NCBI GenBank assembly: GCA_035438465.1
Contig: DAORIK010000003.1
Coordinates: 4,886 to 68,885, forward strand
DNA: 64,000 nucleotides
Direction: 5' to 3'
From: Chitinophagales bacterium
GTDB lineage: Bacteria > Bacteroidota > Bacteroidia > Chitinophagales > JADIYW01
Positions 19,192 to 27,966 of this stretch are shown piece by piece. The number at the start of each line of letters is the position of its first letter. Position 1 is the stretch's first letter. Position numbers and translations under genes: made by a program. Below the pieces are notes generated by a model, which was given only the letters and a program-made list of their open reading frames with translations, did not search any database and was not told the DNA's origin.

Positions 19192-19620
19192 ATGCTAACC
19201 GAAGGAACCAAAGCACCAAAAATCAAAGGAGTAGATTTCAAAGACAAAACAACTGTACTCTATTTTTATCCGAAAGATGACACACCGGGCTGTACTGCCA
19301 ATGCCTGTGATTTCAGAGACAATTATGCATCACTCACCAAAAAAGGATTTACTATAATTGGCGTAAGTCCTCAGGACGAAAAATCGCACAATAAGTTTAA
19401 AGCAAAATACGACTTGCCGTTTGAATTAATTCCCGATACAGATAAAACCATTGCACAGGCTTACGAAGTATGGGGAAAGAAAAAATTTATGGGCAAAGAA
19501 TATGAAGGTATTTTGCGTACTACATTTGTCATCAACGCAAAAGGTGTTATTGAAAAAATTATTGATAAAGTAGATACAAAGAATGCTACCAAACAATTAC
19601 TGGAAGCGGCTGCAAAATAG
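19192..19620 (+). CDS. bcp: thioredoxin-dependent peroxiredoxin Bcp
   Basis: YFYPKDDTPGCT active site. 142 aa. Confidence 0.9.
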   Translation: MLTEGTKAPKIKGVDFKDKTTVLYFYPKDDTPGCTANACDFRDNYASLTKKGFTIIGVSPQDEKSHNKFKAKYDLPFELIPDTDKTIAQAYEVWGKKKFMGKEYEGILRTTFVINAKGVIEKIIDKVDTKNATKQLLEAAAK

Positions 19621-19735
19621 ATGGCTCGATTAATTTATTGATTTACATCACCAAAAATCATTATTGTTTTTCTTTCATAAAAATTATTCATTTTCTTAAT
19701 AGGATAATGAAATTAATTTTTGTAGATTTAGTTTG

Positions 19736-20968
19736 ATGAATTTGCCGCAAACCGATTCAGATGTAAGTGCCCTAAAAGAACTACTGCAGGTGAAATACAG
19801 TCAGTTGAATGCGTTGCTCGATGCAACAAAAGCAATCAATGACAATGTATCTTCAGAAGGTTTATATCAGATTTACAAACATACGCTGCACGAACAGATT
19901 CGAGTAGACCAGATTGCCTTGTTTATGTTCGATCAGGCATGGAAACGTGTAGTCTGGGAAAAACAGGATCAGGATTTTTATATTCCGATTCAATCACATT
20001 TTGAAAAATATAAAACTGCAAAAGCATTATCGGATGAAGAGCAGATTATTTTTGGCGGTTTTAAATACATTGTGCCTGTATATCACAAACAGCAGCCACT
20101 CGCATTAGCTCTACTGGGAAATATCGATGAAGATATTTCACATCAGAAAGACGAGCTTTTAGAGTTCACACAAATTTTCACCAATATTGTCACAGTTGCT
20201 ATTGAAAATAAACGCTTGTTCCGGAAAGAAGTAGAAAAAAAGCAGTTTGATAAAGAATTAGACCTGGCTTCAAAAGTACAAGGCATGCTGATTCCTAAAA
20301 AGTTGCCTAAGAATAATATGTATGAATTTGCGGGTTTATATTTACCGTATAAAGGAATTGGTGGTGATTATTACGATGTAATTCATATTAACAAAGATGA
20401 ATTTGTATTTTGTATTGGAGATATTTCCGGCAAAGGTGTCGCTGCTGCATTGGTAATGGCTAATTTACAGGCTTATTTAAACGCAACTTTAGGTTTGGGT
20501 TTTAAAAAAGAAAAATTAGTGGAGAAACTCAATCAAAAAATATATTCCATCACGAATGGAGAAAATTTCATTACGTTGTTTATCGCAAAATATAATATTA
20601 TTACCAGAGAACTGGAATATTTAAATGCCGGTCATATACCACCCTTTTTAATTCATAATGACAAAGTGGAACAATTAGAAACAGGAAGTACGTTATTAGG
20701 TATTTTTGAAGAATTACCCAGAATAGAATTCGGCAGTATGATTATAAAACCGAATACTACTATTATAACGTTTACTGATGGTTTAACAGAAATGGAAAAT
20801 GAAGATGAAGAACAGTTTGGTGTAGAACGCTTGTTAGAATTCAGTAAAAACAATTATCGTTTAAGCCCTGAAATCTTCAATAAAATATTGTACGATTACG
20901 TAAGTAAGTTCAAGGGAAATGTTTTGTTTAATGATGATATAAGTGTTCTTACAGCTAAGTTTATGTAA
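19736..20968 (+). CDS. GAF domain-containing PP2C/SpoIIE family serine phosphatase
   Basis: The C-terminal half shows GGDYYD...DISGKGVAAALVMA...NAGH...TDGLTE...DDISVL, typical of RsbU/SpoIIE phosphatases. The N-terminal half is a GAF-like sensor. The ATG is the second codon of the track ORF. Confidence 0.85.
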   Translation: MNLPQTDSDVSALKELLQVKYSQLNALLDATKAINDNVSSEGLYQIYKHTLHEQIRVDQIALFMFDQAWKRVVWEKQDQDFYIPIQSHFEKYKTAKALSDEEQIIFGGFKYIVPVYHKQQPLALALLGNIDEDISHQKDELLEFTQIFTNIVTVAIENKRLFRKEVEKKQFDKELDLASKVQGMLIPKKLPKNNMYEFAGLYLPYKGIGGDYYDVIHINKDEFVFCIGDISGKGVAAALVMANLQAYLNATLGLGFKKEKLVEKLNQKIYSITNGENFITLFIAKYNIITRELEYLNAGHIPPFLIHNDKVEQLETGSTLLGIFEELPRIEFGSMIIKPNTTIITFTDGLTEMENEDEEQFGVERLLEFSKNNYRLSPEIFNKILYDYVSKFKGNVLFNDDISVLTAKFM

Positions 20969-22439
20969 GCTGTTCATCTTGTGTCTGAACAGCATCAGAA
21001 CTGAAATTGACAAGCAATCCAAGGCACATAAAGAATAGTGACCCCAGCTTATTTGCTTCCACCAAATCACTCAGTGTATTATTTAATAAGAATGCGATAA
21101 TACAAAGTGTTATTGCCATTACATATTTTCTGTTTGTGACGTCAGAAGTATTATAAGCCATTTGTGCTGTTAGTAAAACAACTGTTATAAGTACAATAAA
21201 CAATATCAGAGCAGGCAATCCTTGTTCCGTTAATAATAACAGAAAGTAATTGTGAACGGTAGATTTCTCTTCATTATCGCTTATATAAGTTTCATAGGCT
21301 GTAACCGTAAACTTTTTATAATTTGACACAAAATTATTCGGACCAACTCCGACTATTGAATTTTCTTTAAACAACTTCACGGCAGCTATCCATCTGTAAA
21401 AACGTTCAACGGTACTCATATCTTCCATTTCAAATGTAGAAGTAAGATGCTGAGCGAGTTCATCATGGTAAATTGTATGTTCATAATCCGGAGAATATTT
21501 CAGGTAGTTATTGTCTTTAAGAATATATGCACAAAAGATTACAGTAAATATTCCTGAGACAACGATAATATTCTTTGTAAGATTAAATTTTAAAACAAAA
21601 AAATACACAGCCATCGCTCCAACAGCCAGCCAAGCTCCTCTTGTATAGGAAAGAAAAATAGCGGCTAAAAAAACGGGAATAGCATATTTCAATATCTTGT
21701 AACGAAGGTAATTTTTCGGATACCAGCTTATTGCTAAAAAGATAAATGGGAATAACATAGTAATAAATACTGCATAATTTACGTGATTGCGATAAATCGG
21801 ATGTACTGCCTCTGTAATGGTATCAAATGTAAATCCCATCATACCATGACGAACCATTACAAACAAAACACTTAAATAGGTTGGAATAAACAAACACCAG
21901 AAAAACAACTGTATTGATCTTTTAGTTCGTAACAATAAAACAGGCAACACCAAGAACACGGCTAAATACCAGAATTTTGCAAGGATATATTTTACAGATA
22001 AAAAAATATCCGTCGAAAAAAGAGTCGTGAAAATACTCCAAATAAACATCAACACGATAATAATAAAAACCGGGTGCTGGAACTGTCTTTGTTTTAATTC
22101 ACTCTTATTGAATACCAGATAAAATACAGTACAGGCAGCCAGCAATATTACCATCGGCTCTGAAGGCAAGTCTGTTCCTAATTTTCCAATATAAGATTCT
22201 ACTGAAACCGGCAAGACCGTCAGCATTATGAAAAATACAGCCCGGAAATTGAGCATAGTCAATGCAAGAAAAACAAAACCGAAAGGAACAATAAAATATA
22301 GACTATGATTCGAATAAATGCCAACTGCAAAAAAAACAAGAGACAATAGTGCACTTATCCAAAAGAGCAATTTCTCATTTCGGAAAAAAAAATCAGGAAC
22401 GCTGAAATCCGTATTTGTCTGCATGTTTATATAATTCAA
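20961..22439 (-). CDS. O-antigen ligase / Wzy-like membrane protein
   Basis: About 12 TM helices. LSYTRGAWLAVGAMAVYFFV matches the Wzy_C/O-antigen ligase loop. The start is uncertain because the ORF overlaps the upstream gene by 47 nt. Confidence 0.75.
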   Translation of the reverse strand: MNYINMQTNTDFSVPDFFFRNEKLLFWISALLSLVFFAVGIYSNHSLYFIVPFGFVFLALTMLNFRAVFFIMLTVLPVSVESYIGKLGTDLPSEPMVILLAACTVFYLVFNKSELKQRQFQHPVFIIIVLMFIWSIFTTLFSTDIFLSVKYILAKFWYLAVFLVLPVLLLRTKRSIQLFFWCLFIPTYLSVLFVMVRHGMMGFTFDTITEAVHPIYRNHVNYAVFITMLFPFIFLAISWYPKNYLRYKILKYAIPVFLAAIFLSYTRGAWLAVGAMAVYFFVLKFNLTKNIIVVSGIFTVIFCAYILKDNNYLKYSPDYEHTIYHDELAQHLTSTFEMEDMSTVERFYRWIAAVKLFKENSIVGVGPNNFVSNYKKFTVTAYETYISDNEEKSTVHNYFLLLLTEQGLPALILFIVLITVVLLTAQMAYNTSDVTNRKYVMAITLCIIAFLLNNTLSDLVEANKLGSLFFMCLGLLVNFSSDAVQTQDEQLT

Positions 22440-23217
22440 TCAGTAATGCTACAAATGAAGCTAAAAAGAAAGAAACAAGAGCTGTTGCCAGTACAATCAG
22501 CCATCGCACCGGCTTTGATTTTTTTACAGCCGGCGATGGTTCTTCTACAACATACAATGTTTTGAACTGCGCCGATGATGAGACAACATACTGATCTCTG
22601 ATTGACACTAATTTCTTTAATTCATCTGAAGTGTTTTCAGACTTACCGGTGGTTTGCAGCATTAATTTTTTCTCTTCTATTTGTTTATCTATTAAACTCA
22701 ATACGGTTGCCTTATTTTCCACCAGCATACTTCTGTAAATTGAATCGGATTTTAAGACGATATCTTTCACCATATTAGACGCCATTTTTGCATCTGTATC
22801 CAATATGCTCACTTCAATTGCTCCCAAATCATCTCTTATTGCATCAAAATTTCCATAAAATTCTTTTTGAGTATAGAAAGTAGAAAGCTGTTTGTCTTCT
22901 CCATTTATTTTATAATGTTTAGTCAATCCGTATTTTTCAATAAGCATCAAACTAACGGGTGCAGAATTTAAAATGGTTAAGAAACGATTGATATCTTCCT
23001 TTCCCCCGAAGATACTTACACCTCCTACTTCTTTTTCATTAAATAAGGCAGCTCTATCTGTACTCACCGGATTAGATAAGTAAAAAATCATTTTGGATTT
23101 ATAGTAAGGTGGCATTATAGATGGCATGGTAATAATAATACTTAATAAAACAGCCACTAGCGTAAACAAAAAAACTTGTTTCTTCCATTGCAAAACTATC
23201 TTCAATATTTCGAGCAT
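22393..23217 (-). CDS. Wzz-like polysaccharide chain-length determinant
   Basis: TM helices at the N- and C-termini flank a coiled-coil periplasmic region. It sits between the flippase and ligase genes. Confidence 0.6.
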   Translation of the reverse strand: MLEILKIVLQWKKQVFLFTLVAVLLSIIITMPSIMPPYYKSKMIFYLSNPVSTDRAALFNEKEVGGVSIFGGKEDINRFLTILNSAPVSLMLIEKYGLTKHYKINGEDKQLSTFYTQKEFYGNFDAIRDDLGAIEVSILDTDAKMASNMVKDIVLKSDSIYRSMLVENKATVLSLIDKQIEEKKLMLQTTGKSENTSDELKKLVSIRDQYVVSSSAQFKTLYVVEEPSPAVKKSKPVRWLIVLATALVSFFLASFVALLIELYKHADKYGFQRS

Positions 23218-23266
23218 ACCTGAATTTTAATTCTAATCTTATTCAAAAATAATAAAACTATTCGAT

Positions 23267-24727
23267 TTATTCGTTTACGCCGGTTTTCAGCTGCAATGTA
23301 TGTTTATTAATCAATCCTGTACCAATGGCAATAAACGGAATGCAGAGAAAATAAAAAGCAACATGAATGATTAAGTTATAAAATGCATTTGAAGAAAACT
23401 GAACTTTCGCCAGAAATAAGACAAATGCCAAACAAATCCCAGCAAATGCTGTCAGTTGGAATACATATTTAATCTGAATATCAATTTTAAAAACGCGTAT
23501 ACAATAAACCGAATAACAAACCAGCATAAACAACTGAGTTATCAAAGTGGCCTGCCCTGCGCCTTTAGCTCCGAAATTTGATATTAAATAAAAATTTAAA
23601 CAGATATTCAATATGACTGCAACAATCAATGTGTAAATCATTAATTTAAAATTCTTATTTGCAGTTAGCAATGTACCGATTACATATAAAATTGCTACCG
23701 GGAAAAAATTAAGCAACAAGTAGCCGAATACTTCCGCAGAATAGGTTGAATTGGATGTTGTGTATAACAAATTCATAATATCTTCTCTATACCAGAACAA
23801 ACAAACAATAATAGAAACACTTACTGAAAAAATAATAGAAATACCGGATTTTAATAATGTCTTTATTTCCATTCTTTTAGAAATTCTGTAGGCAAATAGT
23901 GGTAATAAAATCGAGGCAAATAAATATCCGATATTGTTCAATGATTCCATAATTCTGTACCCTTGTGCATAGATGCCACTTTCCGCTGCACCGTTTGTTC
24001 CCTGGAGCCTTTCCAGCATTACACCATCTATTCTGTAGTAAGTGGTCATTAAAAAATGAATGATGGCATACGGCATCGTCTCTTTGGCAATTCTAAGAAA
24101 AATATCAAATGAAAAATTGAAAGTAAGTTTCTCTGTAAGTCTGAATGCAAAAATCAGACACACAATACATGTTACTGCATAAGCTGCCAATTGCGCTGCT
24201 GCAAAATTAAAAACAGACAACCTGAAAAAGGACAAATCTCCCCAGATTAACACAACACAAAACAATATCATTAACAACTTATCCAATACTGACAATAAAG
24301 CATCTGTTATAAAATGCTGATGTGCAGAAACATTTGAGCGTAAATAAATATTAAACGACAATAAAATCTGATTGCATAATATAATCCAAATAAACGGCTT
24401 GGATAAATAACCTAAAGGATATGCAATGCTGACACATAACACCAAATACACTATAAATAAAAGCGTCTTAAAAACTAAAATACTTGGCAGTAATTCATTG
24501 ATTCGTTTATTGTCTGCTGCCACCTCACGGTTATTATAATTTTGAAAGCCAAAGTCCAGTAAAATCTGAAAAAGATAGGTAAAATTAAAAATGGCGAAAT
24601 ATAAACCGTATTCACTTTCGCCTAATTTATTTTGTACTGTTCTGTCAATGCCAAAGACCCAAAATGGTTTTATCAATAAATTGATAAATACCATAAAAAA
24701 GACATTAAAGACAAATGATTTTTTCAA
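23267..24727 (-). CDS. oligosaccharide flippase (Wzx/MOP superfamily)
   Basis: 486 aa with about 12-14 TM helices, in a polysaccharide-cluster context. Confidence 0.8.
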   Translation of the reverse strand: MKKSFVFNVFFMVFINLLIKPFWVFGIDRTVQNKLGESEYGLYFAIFNFTYLFQILLDFGFQNYNNREVAADNKRINELLPSILVFKTLLFIVYLVLCVSIAYPLGYLSKPFIWIILCNQILLSFNIYLRSNVSAHQHFITDALLSVLDKLLMILFCVVLIWGDLSFFRLSVFNFAAAQLAAYAVTCIVCLIFAFRLTEKLTFNFSFDIFLRIAKETMPYAIIHFLMTTYYRIDGVMLERLQGTNGAAESGIYAQGYRIMESLNNIGYLFASILLPLFAYRISKRMEIKTLLKSGISIIFSVSVSIIVCLFWYREDIMNLLYTTSNSTYSAEVFGYLLLNFFPVAILYVIGTLLTANKNFKLMIYTLIVAVILNICLNFYLISNFGAKGAGQATLITQLFMLVCYSVYCIRVFKIDIQIKYVFQLTAFAGICLAFVLFLAKVQFSSNAFYNLIIHVAFYFLCIPFIAIGTGLINKHTLQLKTGVNE

Positions 24728-24729
24728 GT

Positions 24730-25167
24730 TTATAATTTAAATAAGGTTTTAATTTTTGCTACACCATCTCTCATAAAGTAATTGACATATCTTTTTTGGT
24801 CTATTTTAAAAATGATATAACTTGTTGATTCATTCCAGTAAATATCACCATTCATTTCTTTACCATCAGATAAAGAAAAATTATAATAAACCAAAGATTT
24901 CAAGTCAGGTATTGGTATTGCTACTGAATCTTTGATATAGCTTAAAAAAGTATTGTGATAATTTTTCGGCAAATCTGCATGTTTAAATTCTGTTGCATGA
25001 TTCACTTCAAACTTTATGGTTTTCGTAATTAAATCTAAGAATATTGTTTGCGGCAGTTTAGTATATACGATAGAATCTTGAGTATAAGCAAATTGACTTA
25101 TCAAACATATCAATACAAACAAGGCGTTCTTCAAAATCTTAGTTATTGAAAATCGAACATTACACAT
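24730..25167 (-). CDS. hypothetical secreted protein
   Basis: Signal peptide. Overlaps the upstream aminotransferase gene by 8 nt (translational coupling). Confidence 0.55.
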   Translation of the reverse strand: MCNVRFSITKILKNALFVLICLISQFAYTQDSIVYTKLPQTIFLDLITKTIKFEVNHATEFKHADLPKNYHNTFLSYIKDSVAIPIPDLKSLVYYNFSLSDGKEMNGDIYWNESTSYIIFKIDQKRYVNYFMRDGVAKIKTLFKL

Positions 25168-26356
25168 CCTTATATACCTTTTCTAACGCATTATTGATTA
25201 TCACACAAGATACGTGAATTTCATCTTCTGTAATAATTAAAGGCGGAGCAATACGCATGCAATTATTAGCAAACAAAAACCAATCTGTCACCAATCCATT
25301 TTCCAGACATTCATGAATTACTTTTCTGAGATTGTCAAAATTATCGAGATGCACAGCCATCATTAAACCACAATGATTTATTTTTTGTATGGCTTTATGT
25401 TGCAATAATTGAATAAACAATTGGGCTTTAGCTTCTGCGCTTGTATATAATTTATTTTCTTCTATTTCTTTCAAAGACGCTAATCCTGCTGCACAGCAAA
25501 CTGCATTACCACCGAATGTAGTAATATGCCCGAGTACTGGATTGTTTTGAAGTACCTGCATAATTTCATTGCTTGAAACAAATGCTGCTAATGGCAAACC
25601 ACCACCAAATGCTTTTCCAGCTAACAAAATATCAGGAATTATAGTTGATGTTTGAAAGCGAAACAAACTTCCTGTTCTTCCGCAGCCTGTTTGTATTTCA
25701 TCAAAAACCAACAATGTTCCTGTTTCATCACAACGTTTTCTTATCGCTTTCAAATACTCTGCTTCCGGTACAATAACGCCGGCTTCTGCCTGTACCGGTT
25801 CTAAAAAAATAGCTGCTGTTTTTTTAGTTATTAAGTTGATATCTTCAAAATTATTATAACGGATTTGCCGTATGTCAGGCAACAATGGTCTGTACACAGA
25901 TTTAAAATATTCATCTCCATTTAAACTTAGTGCTCCTTGTGTACTTCCATGATAGGAATTAAAACAGGAAATAATTTCTGTTCGTCCCGTAAAACGCTTT
26001 GCCAGTTTCATCGCTCCTTCCGTTGCTTCAGTACCTGAATTGGTGAAATAAACCGACGATAACGTTGAAGGCAATAAATCTGTCAGATATTTTGCCAATT
26101 GTACTTGCGGTGACAGAACAAATTCTCCATAGACCAACGTATGCGCATATTTTGCAGCTTGTGATTGTATAGCTTCTACAATTTTAGGATGACAATGACC
26201 CAATGCACTTACACCAATTCCTGAAATTAAATCAATATATTTTTTTCCTGTAACATCGTACAAACAGACCCCTTCTGCTTTTTCAATTTCTAAAGCCAAA
26301 GGTGCATTTGAAGTTTGAGCCACGTGCTGTAAAAAAAGTTGTCGCTGTGTGAGCAT
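25160..26356 (-). CDS. class III PLP-dependent aminotransferase (acetylornithine/ornithine aminotransferase-like)
   Basis: SGTEATEGAMKLA, DEIQTGCGRTG, and the region around the PLP-binding Lys (LAGKAFGGG). The start is moved to the ATG at 26356. Confidence 0.9.
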   Translation of the reverse strand: MLTQRQLFLQHVAQTSNAPLALEIEKAEGVCLYDVTGKKYIDLISGIGVSALGHCHPKIVEAIQSQAAKYAHTLVYGEFVLSPQVQLAKYLTDLLPSTLSSVYFTNSGTEATEGAMKLAKRFTGRTEIISCFNSYHGSTQGALSLNGDEYFKSVYRPLLPDIRQIRYNNFEDINLITKKTAAIFLEPVQAEAGVIVPEAEYLKAIRKRCDETGTLLVFDEIQTGCGRTGSLFRFQTSTIIPDILLAGKAFGGGLPLAAFVSSNEIMQVLQNNPVLGHITTFGGNAVCCAAGLASLKEIEENKLYTSAEAKAQLFIQLLQHKAIQKINHCGLMMAVHLDNFDNLRKVIHECLENGLVTDWFLFANNCMRIAPPLIITEDEIHVSCVIINNALEKVYKDV

Positions 26357-26359
26357 GTA

Positions 26360-26367
26360 CAAAGATA
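26360..26367 (-). promoter_or_regulatory. candidate -7 box TATCTTTG for the aminotransferase operon
   Basis: The plus strand reads CAAAGATA. Its TTG is the alternative start used by the ORF track, and the ATG follows 4 nt later. Confidence 0.4.
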
Positions 26368-26465
26368 TTAATTAATGATTACTTATTATTTACAGGTTAT
26401 AAATTAGCTTATGTACATTTCATAAATCACATTTACTGCTAACTTTACTTTACTAAAAATCAAGC

Positions 26466-27962
26466 ATGGCAAATAGTAAAGATTTCTCAATTATTATTAC
26501 AGGAACCGGTTTCTCCGGAATCTGCGTAGGTATTCAGTTAAAAAAAATCGGATTTCATAATTTTAAAATAGTAGAAAAAGCGAACGAAGTAGGCGGAACC
26601 TGGCGCGACAATACGTATCCCGGCGCAGCTTGTGATGTAAAATCAAATCTATATTCCTATTCGTTTGAACCGAACCCAAACTGGACGCGTGAATATTCTC
26701 CACAGGCTGAGATTCTGGAATACATTAAGCATTGCGTTACAAAATACGACCTCGAACAGCATATTATTTTCAACTGGGAAGTAAAAGCGGCTAAATATGA
26801 TGAAGCAGATGGCATTTGGGAATTGACCAATCAAAAGAATGAAAAACTTACTGCAAATATTGCCGTTGTCGGAAATGGTCCTTTACATATTCCCAGTTTG
26901 CCGGATATTGATGGTATACAGGATTTTAAAGGAACTGTTTTTCATTCCGCACAATGGAATCATGATTACGATCTGACCAACAAAAATGTGTGTGTGATTG
27001 GAACGGGTGCGAGTGCCATTCAGTTTGTTCCTGAAATACAACCGAAAGTAAAAAACCTCTACCTGATGCAACGCACAGCACCATGGGTTTTACCAAAACC
27101 GGATGGTGAATTTAGTACTACACAAAGCGTTTTATTTGAAAAAATTCCTTTTATTCAGAAGCTCAACCGCGATTTTATTTACTATTTCAATGAAGCACAA
27201 GTTGTAGGGATGATGTATGAGGACAGAATTCTGAAATTAGGAGAAGTAATAGGCAAACGTCATATCAATAAATATATCAAAGACCCGGAACTCAGAAAAA
27301 AACTGACACCCAATTTTAGATTAGGCTGTAAACGCGTTTTATTATCCAATAATTATTACCAAGCATTGGCACAACCTAATGTGGAAGTGATAACAGACGG
27401 CATACAAAAATTCACTAAAGACAGCGTGGTGACCAAAGATGGCAAATCCCGAAAAATTGACGCAATTATCATGGGAACGGGTTTTCATGTATCAGATAGT
27501 TTTCAGTATTATAATGTACAGGGCAAAGGTGGCGTGCAATTAAAGGATGTTTTACACGATGCACCGGAAGCTTATTACGGAACCAGTGTACACCAGTTTC
27601 CAAATCTTTTTATAATGCTAGGACCAAATACCGGCTTAGGCCACAATTCAATGATTTATATGATTGAATCGCAAACGAATTATATTATTGACGCAATACA
27701 AAAAATGTTGAAGCAACATATTAAATCAATTGATGTGCGCAAAGATGTACAGACAAAATTTAATGAAGAAATACAGAAAAAATTAGAAGGTACTATCTGG
27801 CTTTCCGGTTGTAAGAGCTGGTACTTGAGCGCTGATGGAAAAAACCATACCGTTTGGCCGGGATTCACACTGGAATTCAGAAACAGAACAAAAAACATTA
27901 ATCTAAATGATTATATCTTAGAAAAGACAAGCGTAAAAAAACAGGAAGCAGCGTTGGTGTAA
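26466..27962 (+). CDS. flavin-containing / Baeyer-Villiger-type monooxygenase
   Basis: FAD motif IIITGTGFSG, GGTWRDNTYPGAACDV, and a second dinucleotide motif VIGTGASA. Confidence 0.85.
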   Translation: MANSKDFSIIITGTGFSGICVGIQLKKIGFHNFKIVEKANEVGGTWRDNTYPGAACDVKSNLYSYSFEPNPNWTREYSPQAEILEYIKHCVTKYDLEQHIIFNWEVKAAKYDEADGIWELTNQKNEKLTANIAVVGNGPLHIPSLPDIDGIQDFKGTVFHSAQWNHDYDLTNKNVCVIGTGASAIQFVPEIQPKVKNLYLMQRTAPWVLPKPDGEFSTTQSVLFEKIPFIQKLNRDFIYYFNEAQVVGMMYEDRILKLGEVIGKRHINKYIKDPELRKKLTPNFRLGCKRVLLSNNYYQALAQPNVEVITDGIQKFTKDSVVTKDGKSRKIDAIIMGTGFHVSDSFQYYNVQGKGGVQLKDVLHDAPEAYYGTSVHQFPNLFIMLGPNTGLGHNSMIYMIESQTNYIIDAIQKMLKQHIKSIDVRKDVQTKFNEEIQKKLEGTIWLSGCKSWYLSADGKNHTVWPGFTLEFRNRTKNINLNDYILEKTSVKKQEAALV

Positions 27963-27966
27963 TCTG

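Noticed and set aside
20330-20345. Apparent +1 frameshift in the PP2C phosphatase gene when I translated by hand (an extra T in the TATATTTTACC run). There was a similar 1-nt discrepancy at the 61529 start.
   Set aside because: The computed ORF track shows one continuous ORF with consistent coordinates. I attribute the discrepancy to my own miscounting of homopolymer runs, not to a real frameshift.
20961-26362. Wzy/ligase-Wzz-Wzx-aminotransferase cluster as a possible novel system
   Set aside because: The components are standard for O-antigen or exopolysaccharide loci. The only unassigned member is a small secreted protein (24730..25167). Nothing in the arrangement departs from known polysaccharide clusters.
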